From positions 5,223-69,222 of the forward strand of contig CABYXD010000001.1 in NCBI GenBank assembly GCA_902522895.1: a stretch of 64,000 nt of DNA, in the 5' to 3' direction. Both the position numbers and the translations under genes were made by a program. The stretch is from an uncultured Pelagibacteraceae bacterium (GTDB lineage Bacteria; Pseudomonadota; Alphaproteobacteria; Pelagibacterales; Pelagibacteraceae). Positions 34,024-42,254 of the stretch are shown one piece after another. The notes under the pieces are model-generated. The model saw only the letters and a program-made list of their open reading frames with translations. It ran no database searches and was not told where the DNA came from. Position 1 is the stretch's first letter. Each line of letters begins with the position of its first letter.

Positions 34024-35121
34024 CTACTTTAAAGTAGCAGCGTGAGCCATTCCTAGCTTCGCATTAGACATTTGAGATCCAGACCAGAAAGGAACTGCAA
34101 TATCAGCAAATGCTTTTTGAGAATCCCATACTTTTTTGAAGAATGCATTCTTAGCGGCATTTGTTTCTAAACTTTTCTTAGCAGCAGCCATATATGCTGG
34201 AAAATAGTCCGCTGGAGTATCTTGTAAGATTACACCATGCTTAGTAGTTAGCTCAGCAAGAGCTTTTCCATTTTCATATATTCTGTAACTCATTGATTTT
34301 GATAAAGAAGCGTTTGCAGCAACTTCTAAAGCTTTCTTCTCGATTGCAGACATTTTTTTATATTTGCTACCAGTCATATAGAAGTCAGCATTTACTACTA
34401 CTTGGTGAAGACCTTGTAGGTAGTAATTTTTTAGAACTTTATGTAAACCAAAAACCATGTCAGGCTTTGGACAACACCATTCTGCTGCATCAATTGTTCC
34501 TGCTTCAAGAGCTGGTAGAATATCTCCACCACCCATTGCAACAGAAGCTACACCAATATCTTTATAAGTTTGTCCTGGAATTCCCGGAGGAGTTCTGAAC
34601 TTGTACTTTCTAAAATCAGCCATGCTATTAATTGGTTCTTTAAACCAGCCTAAAGCTTCAGGGCCTACAGGTTGTAACATAAATCCTTTGATGTCTCTTC
34701 CCATCTCAGTCCATAATTGATCATAAAGTTCTTTACCACCACCATATTGGAACCAAGATAAAAAAGCGATATTGTCTATACCAACACCTGCACCTGCTAC
34801 TGGCGAACCGAATAACATAGCTGCTGGGTGATCACCTGACCAATAGTGAGTCCAAGCGAAACCACAATCGATTAGACCTTTGTCAACTGCATCTAAAGTT
34901 TCTTTAACCCCAACTACTGCGCCTGCTGGCATAATTTCGAACTTAAGTGAACCCTGTGTTAATTCAGTTACTGTGTCAGTGAAATCTTTTAACATTTTCA
35001 CTTCATCAGCTTTTGCACTAATTACAGTTTGACACTTAAGAGTTTGTGCGGAATTTGCTCCTGTAACTGTCATAACAGTTAAAAGAAGAGTTCCTACAAC
35101 TAATGATATGATTTTTTTCAT
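34024..35121 (-). CDS. dctP: TRAP transporter substrate-binding protein (TakP/FcbT1-like subgroup)
   Basis: Signal peptide; DAV..G..D, GWFKEPINS..D, KFRTP, LE.GTIDAAEW. Confidence 0.92.
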   Translation of the reverse strand: MKKIISLVVGTLLLTVMTVTGANSAQTLKCQTVISAKADEVKMLKDFTDTVTELTQGSLKFEIMPAGAVVGVKETLDAVDKGLIDCGFAWTHYWSGDHPAAMLFGSPVAGAGVGIDNIAFLSWFQYGGGKELYDQLWTEMGRDIKGFMLQPVGPEALGWFKEPINSMADFRKYKFRTPPGIPGQTYKDIGVASVAMGGGDILPALEAGTIDAAEWCCPKPDMVFGLHKVLKNYYLQGLHQVVVNADFYMTGSKYKKMSAIEKKALEVAANASLSKSMSYRIYENGKALAELTTKHGVILQDTPADYFPAYMAAAKKSLETNAAKNAFFKKVWDSQKAFADIAVPFWSGSQMSNAKLGMAHAATLK

Positions 35122-35244
35122 TATTTTTCCTCTAGTTAGTTAAATTTAACGTCAGCATACAATCAGAAAAATATAGCTGACACAAGTGACAATTGAGTAA
35201 TATATGTATAAATAACAATAAACAAAAAAACTATTCAACTATAA

Positions 35245-36840
35245 ATGGAAATATTTGATTTTATTATTATTGGTGCAGGATCTGCGGGATGTGTTTTAGC
35301 AAATAGACTTTCAGAAAATTCAAACAACAAAGTAGCTTTAATCGAGGCCGGAGGTAAAGATAATTATCCATGGATACATATTCCAGTTGGATATTTTAAA
35401 ACTATGCATAACCCATCTGTTGATTGGTGTTACAAAACTGAGCCTGATGAAACAATGAATGGTAGATCAATTCGTTACCCTAGAGGAAAAACATTGGGAG
35501 GTAGCTCTTCTATAAATGGTCTTCTTTATATAAGAGGGCAAAATAGAGATTACGATGTTTGGCGACAAATGGGTAATTCTGGGTGGGGTTGGAATGATGT
35601 TCTTCCATATTTTATTAAATCTGAAAACCAGGAGAGAGGTAAAGATGAATTTCATGGTGTAGGTGGACCTTTATCTGTTTCAGATCAGAGAATTCAATTA
35701 CCTTTATTAAACGAATTTCAAAATGCTGCTGAAGAATTTGGTATTCCTAAAACTAAAGATTTTAATACTGGAGACAATCATGGTTGTGGATATTTTCAGG
35801 TAACTGAAAAAGATGGTTTTAGATGTAGCACAGCAGTTGGCTACTTAAATCCTATTAAAAAAAGAAAAAATTTGAAAATTATTACTAATGCTCATGTTAA
35901 AAAAATAAATTTTGAAAATAAAATTGCAAAAGAAGTTGAATATTGGCAGCAAAATGAATTAAAGAAAATATCAGCAAATAAAGAAATAATTTTATCTTCT
36001 GGAGCTATTGGTTCTCCCCAAATTCTTCAAACATCTGGAATAGGAAATTCAAAAAAATTAAAAAAGATAGGTGTTGAGATGGTTCATGAGTTAAATGGTG
36101 TTGGAGAAAATTTACAAGATCATTTGATGTTTAGACCAATTTATAAAGTTCATGGCTTAAAATCTCTTAACAAAAAAATAAATAGTTTGTTTGGAAATCT
36201 AATGATTGGTTTAGAATATATTTTTAATAGAAGCGGTCCAATGACTATGGGTGCTAGTCAAATGTGTATGTTTGCAAAAAGTGATCCATCCTTGGAATTA
36301 CCTGATTTACAGTGGCATGTTCAACCAATGAGTATGGACACTTTAGGTGCAACAAAAAATCATGATTTTCATGCTTTTACTCCTACTGTTTCTAATATCA
36401 GGCCAACAAGTAGGGGTCATGTCAGTATAGTTGATAAAGACTCAAGAACTTATGCAAAAGTTAAATTAAACTATCTTTCAACTGATCATGATAGAATAGT
36501 AGCAGCCAAAGGATTGAAACTAACAAGAAAAATTGTAATGGAATCTAAAACTTTTAAAAAATATAAACCTGAAGAATATAGACCAGGAATAAATATTAAT
36601 AACGATGAAGAGCTTGTTAAAGCAGGTTCGGATTATACTCAAACAATATTTCATCCTGTTGGGACTTGTAAAATGGGTCAGGACGATATGGCTGTAGTAG
36701 ATGAAAAATTAAAAGTAAGAGGAATTAAAAATTTAAGAGTTATTGATGCTTCTATAATGCCTAATATTACTTCTGGAAATACTAATGCACCAACGATAAT
36801 GATTGCAGAGAAAGGTGCAGATATGATACTTAAAAACTAA
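35245..36840 (+). CDS. GMC-family FAD oxidoreductase (isethionate or 3-hydroxypropionate dehydrogenase-like)
   Basis: GAGSAGCVLANRLS, WIHIPVGY, GGSSSING, NLQDH, FHPVGTCKMG, GNTNAPT. Confidence 0.9.
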   Translation: MEIFDFIIIGAGSAGCVLANRLSENSNNKVALIEAGGKDNYPWIHIPVGYFKTMHNPSVDWCYKTEPDETMNGRSIRYPRGKTLGGSSSINGLLYIRGQNRDYDVWRQMGNSGWGWNDVLPYFIKSENQERGKDEFHGVGGPLSVSDQRIQLPLLNEFQNAAEEFGIPKTKDFNTGDNHGCGYFQVTEKDGFRCSTAVGYLNPIKKRKNLKIITNAHVKKINFENKIAKEVEYWQQNELKKISANKEIILSSGAIGSPQILQTSGIGNSKKLKKIGVEMVHELNGVGENLQDHLMFRPIYKVHGLKSLNKKINSLFGNLMIGLEYIFNRSGPMTMGASQMCMFAKSDPSLELPDLQWHVQPMSMDTLGATKNHDFHAFTPTVSNIRPTSRGHVSIVDKDSRTYAKVKLNYLSTDHDRIVAAKGLKLTRKIVMESKTFKKYKPEEYRPGININNDEELVKAGSDYTQTIFHPVGTCKMGQDDMAVVDEKLKVRGIKNLRVIDASIMPNITSGNTNAPTIMIAEKGADMILKN

Positions 36841-37433
36841 TGTTCGTTGATTTAATTTCCCCAGACCAATTAACTATTTTAACTCAAATTATTTTAATTG
36901 ATCTTGTTTTGGCAGGTGATAACGCAATTATAATTGGAATGATTGCATCAAAATTTCCATTAGAACAAAGAAAGAAGATAATTTTTTGGGGAATTGGTGG
37001 AGCTGTAATATTAAGAATTATTTTAACTCTACTAACTGCTTATTTATTACAAATTACTGGATTAAGATTAATAGGTGGACTACTTCTACTTTATATAGTC
37101 TACAAACTATATAAGGATGTTATTAAAGGATCTAATCATGAAGATAATATTAATGTAGATAATTCCAATTTCTTTAAAGCAATTTGGACAATTTTATTAG
37201 CTGATTTTACAATGAGTTTAGACAATGTTTTAGGTGTTGCTGGAGCAGCTGGCGATCATTATACTCTTTTAGTTTTTGGTCTAGTATTATCAATTATATT
37301 AATGGCTACTGCCGCAACTTTAATATCTAATTGGATTAAAAAATATAAATGGATAGCTTGGGCAGGCTTATTGGCAATTCTAATTGTCGCTATTGAGTTG
37401 ATTTACACTGATATTAAAATATTATTTTTATAA
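36840..37433 (+). CDS. TerC-family (YjbE-type) membrane protein
   Basis: DLVLAGDNA and ADFTMSLDNVLGVAGAA motifs. Confidence 0.9.
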   Translation: MFVDLISPDQLTILTQIILIDLVLAGDNAIIIGMIASKFPLEQRKKIIFWGIGGAVILRIILTLLTAYLLQITGLRLIGGLLLLYIVYKLYKDVIKGSNHEDNINVDNSNFFKAIWTILLADFTMSLDNVLGVAGAAGDHYTLLVFGLVLSIILMATAATLISNWIKKYKWIAWAGLLAILIVAIELIYTDIKILFL

Positions 37434-38200
37434 TGTTCTTAAAAAAATATAACCTTAAAAGCAAAACAGCAGTTGTTACTGGTGCTGGAAAAGGTCTTGG
37501 GAGAGCTTGTGCAATAGCGCTTGCAGAAGCAGGGGCTAATCTAATTATAATTAGCAGAACTAAAAAAGATTTAGAAGAAGTTTCAAGAAAAATTAAAAAA
37601 CTTAGAGTTAAGTGTAAATCTTACGTTTGTGATGTTACTGAATATAATGAAATTAAGAATATCATAAATAAACAAGCTAAAATAGATATTTTAATAAATA
37701 ACGCTGGAAATAATATTCCTGAACATTTTACAAAAGTAAAAACAAAAAATATGGAATATCTCGTTAAGATAAATACAGTTTCAACATTTAATATTGCACA
37801 ATTGTGTGCACTTAAAATGATAAAATCCAAAAATAGAAAAAAAATTGGTGGGTCAATAGTAAATATGTCCTCTCAAATGGGTCATGTAGGTGGTCCAATT
37901 AGAAGTGTTTATAATATGAATAAATGGGGGCTTGAAGGTTTAACAAAAGGAATGTCTTTAGACTTAGCCAAATATAATATTAGAGTAAATACTGTTTGTC
38001 CTACATTTGTAGTAACTCCTATGACAAAAAAATTTTTAAAAAATAAAAAATTTAAAAAAGAAACATTAAATAATATTCCCCTTGGAAGGTTTGCTGAATT
38101 ATCTGAAATAGCATCATCTGTAGTTTTTTTAGTTTCCGATGCTGCTTCTATGATTACTGGAACTTCATTACTGGTTGATGGTGGATGGACTGCAAAATAA
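37433..38200 (+). CDS. SDR oxidoreductase, HpsO-like (candidate DHPS dehydrogenase)
   Basis: TGAGKGLG, NNAG, SSQMGHVGG..RSVY...K, NTVCPTF, VDGGWTA; SDR family secure, HpsO likeness from recalled motifs. Confidence 0.7.
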   Translation: MFLKKYNLKSKTAVVTGAGKGLGRACAIALAEAGANLIIISRTKKDLEEVSRKIKKLRVKCKSYVCDVTEYNEIKNIINKQAKIDILINNAGNNIPEHFTKVKTKNMEYLVKINTVSTFNIAQLCALKMIKSKNRKKIGGSIVNMSSQMGHVGGPIRSVYNMNKWGLEGLTKGMSLDLAKYNIRVNTVCPTFVVTPMTKKFLKNKKFKKETLNNIPLGRFAELSEIASSVVFLVSDAASMITGTSLLVDGGWTAK

Positions 38201-38985
38201 TATTAAGAGTAATTGTAATAATCTTTATTATCACAACTCCTTTAAAAGCGATTGAGTTTAAGGGTAAGTTTTTACAAGGTCATTTTATAATTGGAATTAC
38301 TGATCCATCAGCACAGATCATTATTGGTAAGAAAGAGGTTAAAGTCTCAAAAGATGGATATTTTGTATTTGGAATTGATCGAGATAGAAAATTTGATTTA
38401 ACAATAACTAAAATTAAAGATGGTAAAAAAGAAAAAATAATAAAAAAAGTTTTGAAAAGAAAATATAACATTCAAAGAATTGATGGTTTAGAAGAAAGTA
38501 AAGTAACGCCGCCTGAGTCTGTATATAAAAGAATTAAAGAGGAAAATAATAAGATTGGAGAAGCAAGAGCAATAAATTCCAATTTACCTTTTTTTAAAAA
38601 TCAATTTATAATGCCGGTTAAAGGAATTATTAGTGGAGTTTATGGAAGCCAAAGAATTTTAAATGGTAAACCAAAATGGCCTCATTACGGAATAGACATA
38701 GCTGCAAAACAAGGCACCATGATTAAATCCTCTGGTACAGGAATTGTCACGATGGCTGAAGAAGATCTTTATTACACTGGTGGTACAATTATAATGGATC
38801 ACGGTCATGGTATATCCACTATATATTCACATCTTGAGACAATTATAGTTTCTGTTGGTGATAAGATTAATCAGGGAGATATTATAGGAACTGTTGGATC
38901 CACTGGTAGATCAACTGGTCCCCATTTAGATTTTAGAGTAAATTGGTTTCAGACTAGACTCGATCCAATGTCAGTAATAAACTAA
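38185..38985 (+). CDS. M23-family metallopeptidase
   Basis: Signal peptide; HYGID, DHGHG..T.YSHL, GSTGRSTGPHLD. Confidence 0.9.
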   Translation: MDCKIILRVIVIIFIITTPLKAIEFKGKFLQGHFIIGITDPSAQIIIGKKEVKVSKDGYFVFGIDRDRKFDLTITKIKDGKKEKIIKKVLKRKYNIQRIDGLEESKVTPPESVYKRIKEENNKIGEARAINSNLPFFKNQFIMPVKGIISGVYGSQRILNGKPKWPHYGIDIAAKQGTMIKSSGTGIVTMAEEDLYYTGGTIIMDHGHGISTIYSHLETIIVSVGDKINQGDIIGTVGSTGRSTGPHLDFRVNWFQTRLDPMSVIN

Positions 38986-38989
38986 GACT

Positions 38990-39763
38990 ATGAAATCTCT
39001 TATAGAAAAAACATCCGATAAGCTCGTAAATGCATTTTTAAAAAATAAGATAATTTCACCGATCCCATCTAAATTCACAAAAAAACTTAAAGAGGCACAA
39101 AAATTAAGAGTATTATGTGAAAGTAAAATAAAACATACTGTGATTGGCTTTAAAGCTGCTGGTACAGGTATTCCCTTAATTAAAAAATTTAAAGAAAAAG
39201 AACCCTTTTACGCATCAGTTTATAAAAGAAACTTTTTAAAAAGTGGTAGAAGCGTAAAAATAAATAAAGCTACTTTGGGTATTGAACTTGAAGTTTGTTA
39301 TAAAATTAAAAAATCTTTTTTTTCATTTAAAGGGTTAATTACTATGAAAAATATATCTAAATATATTTCTAATATGGCGCCCTGTATTGAAGTAGTTGGT
39401 TATAGACAAAGGAAAAAAGGAATTACCTCTTTTGGTGATTTGTGTAGTGATTTTGGAGCAAACGTAAAATTTTTAGTAGGATCAGCAAAAAAATATAAAA
39501 GAATTAATATTGGTAATTTAAAAACTAATATTGCAAACAAAAAAATAAGTCAAAGTGTAACGGGAAATACAAATACAGTTTACATAAACCCATTAAACTC
39601 ACTAAGATTTGTATTAAATAAAATCAAAAAAGACAAAATTAATCTAGATAAAGATTTTTGGGTTTTTACTGGATCATCAGTTGGAGTTGTTCCAATTAAA
39701 GGAAAAGGTCTTTACGTAGGAAAAATTGACGAGTTGGGATCTGTAAAAGCTATAATCACATAA
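38990..39763 (+). CDS. Fumarylacetoacetate-hydrolase superfamily protein, 2-keto-4-pentenoate hydratase-like
   Basis: IGFK, EPFY, IELEV, PCIEVV..R, SDFGAN, VFTGS. Confidence 0.72.
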   Translation: MKSLIEKTSDKLVNAFLKNKIISPIPSKFTKKLKEAQKLRVLCESKIKHTVIGFKAAGTGIPLIKKFKEKEPFYASVYKRNFLKSGRSVKINKATLGIELEVCYKIKKSFFSFKGLITMKNISKYISNMAPCIEVVGYRQRKKGITSFGDLCSDFGANVKFLVGSAKKYKRINIGNLKTNIANKKISQSVTGNTNTVYINPLNSLRFVLNKIKKDKINLDKDFWVFTGSSVGVVPIKGKGLYVGKIDELGSVKAIIT

Positions 39764-40914
39764 TGGCTCTTCATTTTAGCAAAGAAGAATTTTTAAAAAG
39801 AAAAAAAGATGTTCTAAAGTCAATGAAAGAACAAAATTTAGATGCTCTTTTGATGTTTAGACAAGAGTCAATGTATTGGCTAACTGGATACGATACTTTT
39901 GGATACGTATTTTTTCAATCTCTTGTATTGGATCAAAAAGGAAATATTGTTTTATTAACTCGAGCGCCTGACTTAAGACAAGCACAAAATACATCAAATA
40001 TTGAAGATATTAGAATTTGGATTGATAAAGATGGGATAAATCCAACTGATGATCTTAAACAAATATTAAATGAACTTAATTTAAAAAACAAAAATATTGG
40101 GGTGGAGTATGAGGCTTATGGAATGACAGGCCGTAATGCTTTAAAATTAAATAAATCTTTAGAAAATTATTGTAAATTTGAAGATCATTCAGAATTAATT
40201 ACAAAACTAAGGGTAATAAAATCCAATGAAGAATTAGTTTATGTTAGAAAAGCTGCCGAGCTTGCTGATAAAGCACTTGATGAAGCTTGGAAATATTCAA
40301 AAGCTGGGGCAAGTGAAGCAAAAATTTTAGCTGAGATGCAAAGAGTTGTTCTAGAAGGTGGAGGTGATTATCCAGCTAATGAATATATTATTGGATCTGG
40401 ACCCAATGCATTGCTGTGTAGGTATCAAGCAGAAAAAAGAAATTTGTCAAATACAGATCAACTAAGTTTAGAGTGGGCTGGAACTTTTAAACATTACCAT
40501 TCGGCGATGTTTAGAACTATCCCTATAGGAAAAGCTAATCTAAAACATATCAAAATGCATGAAGCTTGTGTTGAAGCTTTAAAAAATTGTGCAAAAACAT
40601 TAATTCCAGGAAATACTGCGGGACAAGTCTTTGATATTCATGCAAAAATTTTTGATGATCTGGGTTTTAATAAAGCAAGAATGAATGCTTGCGGTTATTC
40701 TCTTGGTTCAACTTTTGCACCTAATTGGATGGATTGGCCAATGTTATACAACGGCAATCCATACGTGATTCAACCTGGTAATGTTTTTTTCATGCATATG
40801 ATCTTAATGGACTCAGAAAATAAAGTTGCTATGAATTTAGGTGAAACATATGTTGTGAATGACAAAGGTAATGAAAGATTGGGCAAAAAAAAACTTGATT
40901 TAGTAGTTTGTTAA
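39763..40914 (+). CDS. M24/creatinase-fold hydrolase (DoeA/EutD-like, canonical metal ligands altered)
   Basis: Creatinase-type N-domain (YWLTGYD), RVIKS.EE, LEWAG...YHSAMFRT, GYSLG. Confidence 0.82.
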   Translation: MALHFSKEEFLKRKKDVLKSMKEQNLDALLMFRQESMYWLTGYDTFGYVFFQSLVLDQKGNIVLLTRAPDLRQAQNTSNIEDIRIWIDKDGINPTDDLKQILNELNLKNKNIGVEYEAYGMTGRNALKLNKSLENYCKFEDHSELITKLRVIKSNEELVYVRKAAELADKALDEAWKYSKAGASEAKILAEMQRVVLEGGGDYPANEYIIGSGPNALLCRYQAEKRNLSNTDQLSLEWAGTFKHYHSAMFRTIPIGKANLKHIKMHEACVEALKNCAKTLIPGNTAGQVFDIHAKIFDDLGFNKARMNACGYSLGSTFAPNWMDWPMLYNGNPYVIQPGNVFFMHMILMDSENKVAMNLGETYVVNDKGNERLGKKKLDLVVC

Positions 40915-42215
40915 ATTTCTGATCTGGCTCTAAAACGTTCATAAAATAACCTCGTCTTAATACCAAAGTTTAGAAAAGGCTGTGGAGGTAACCATGTGGG
41001 TTTATTTCGTTTCTCAATTATTTCAATCTCTTTTGTTTGTTCATTACTAGCTTTAATAGCTATTTGCTCACCAAATAAAGTTGCAACACCAATTCCTGAG
41101 CCATTATAGCAACCAGCAACAAAAATATTTTCATCAATTTTTTCAAAAATTTGAGAACTATTTCTTGTTCTTGAGACTATGCCAGACCAAGAAGACTGAA
41201 TTAAATTATCTGGTAACTGTGGAAACCTTTTTTTTATTCCAATTTTATGTCTTATAGACCTTTTTTCTAGATCTGTTTGAGACATTTTAAAAGGATTATA
41301 AACTTCTGCAGTATTTCTAATTAAAATTCTTCTATCTTTTGTCATTCTAATTGTAGCACCCATTGGTTTAACAGGTAAAACACCCCACTCTTTTGGTTCT
41401 CCAATTAATTTGTATTCTTTATCCGTAAGCGATCTTGTCATACTTGCTGTTAAAGTTATCGGAAAATTATAATTAGTTTTAATTCCTAATGATTTCAAAA
41501 ATCCATTGGTAGCAAAAATAATTTTTTTGGTCTTAATAGATCCATATTTAAAATCACAATTTATTAAACCATTTACCTTTTTCCAGTTTATTAAAGATGA
41601 ATTTTCATATAAATTTACATTTTTAGGAAGTGTATCAATCATCGCTCTTACTAGTTTACCCGGATGTAATAACACTCCTCCTTTTGTATGAAGGGCAATG
41701 TTATAAAAATTAGTTCCTAATTTTTTTGTTAGATCATTGTTAAAGAGTAGAGTGTGATCAAATTTCAATTTAGTTAGAGTTTTAGAAAAATTTTCTAATA
41801 CTCTTTTATCTTCTATATTTGATGATGCAAAATATTTTCCACACTCATTCCACTCACAATCTACCTGGTGTTCTTTGATAAATCTTTTAACTGCATCTAT
41901 TCCTAATTTATAAATGTCTGCTTTTTTCTTATAACTTTCTAACTCTTTATTAGAGGTAAAACCATCATTAAGCGTTGTATCGACCAAATAACCAGAATTT
42001 CTTGAGCTAGCTCCTTCTCCAGCTAACTGGGAGTCCACCAATAATATTTTTTGTTTTGGATAAAGTTGTCCTAATTTTCTAGCAGCAGATAAACCAGTAT
42101 ATCCAGCTCCTATAATCAACCATTCACAATTTAAGTTTGAGGAAAGAGTTAAAATGTTTGTTCGAGGATTTAGATCATTGATCCAGCTACAATAATTATC
42201 ATTTACAACTTCCAT
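40911..42215 (-). CDS. FAD-dependent oxidoreductase, DAO/PuuB-like family
   Basis: IIGAGYTGLSAA, GASSRNSG, WSG, GCYNGSG. Confidence 0.88.
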   Translation of the reverse strand: MEVVNDNYCSWINDLNPRTNILTLSSNLNCEWLIIGAGYTGLSAARKLGQLYPKQKILLVDSQLAGEGASSRNSGYLVDTTLNDGFTSNKELESYKKKADIYKLGIDAVKRFIKEHQVDCEWNECGKYFASSNIEDKRVLENFSKTLTKLKFDHTLLFNNDLTKKLGTNFYNIALHTKGGVLLHPGKLVRAMIDTLPKNVNLYENSSLINWKKVNGLINCDFKYGSIKTKKIIFATNGFLKSLGIKTNYNFPITLTASMTRSLTDKEYKLIGEPKEWGVLPVKPMGATIRMTKDRRILIRNTAEVYNPFKMSQTDLEKRSIRHKIGIKKRFPQLPDNLIQSSWSGIVSRTRNSSQIFEKIDENIFVAGCYNGSGIGVATLFGEQIAIKASNEQTKEIEIIEKRNKPTWLPPQPFLNFGIKTRLFYERFRARSEI

Positions 42216-42254
42216 AGTTGAAGATTACGATAAATGTTTACTTTTTAAAAGATG

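Noticed and set aside
35139-35181. Palindromes GTTAAATTTAAC and GTCAGC-N19-GCTGAC in the dctP/GMC divergent region
   Set aside because: Could be operators, but they are short, AT-rich or widely spaced, with no second copy or regulator to support them
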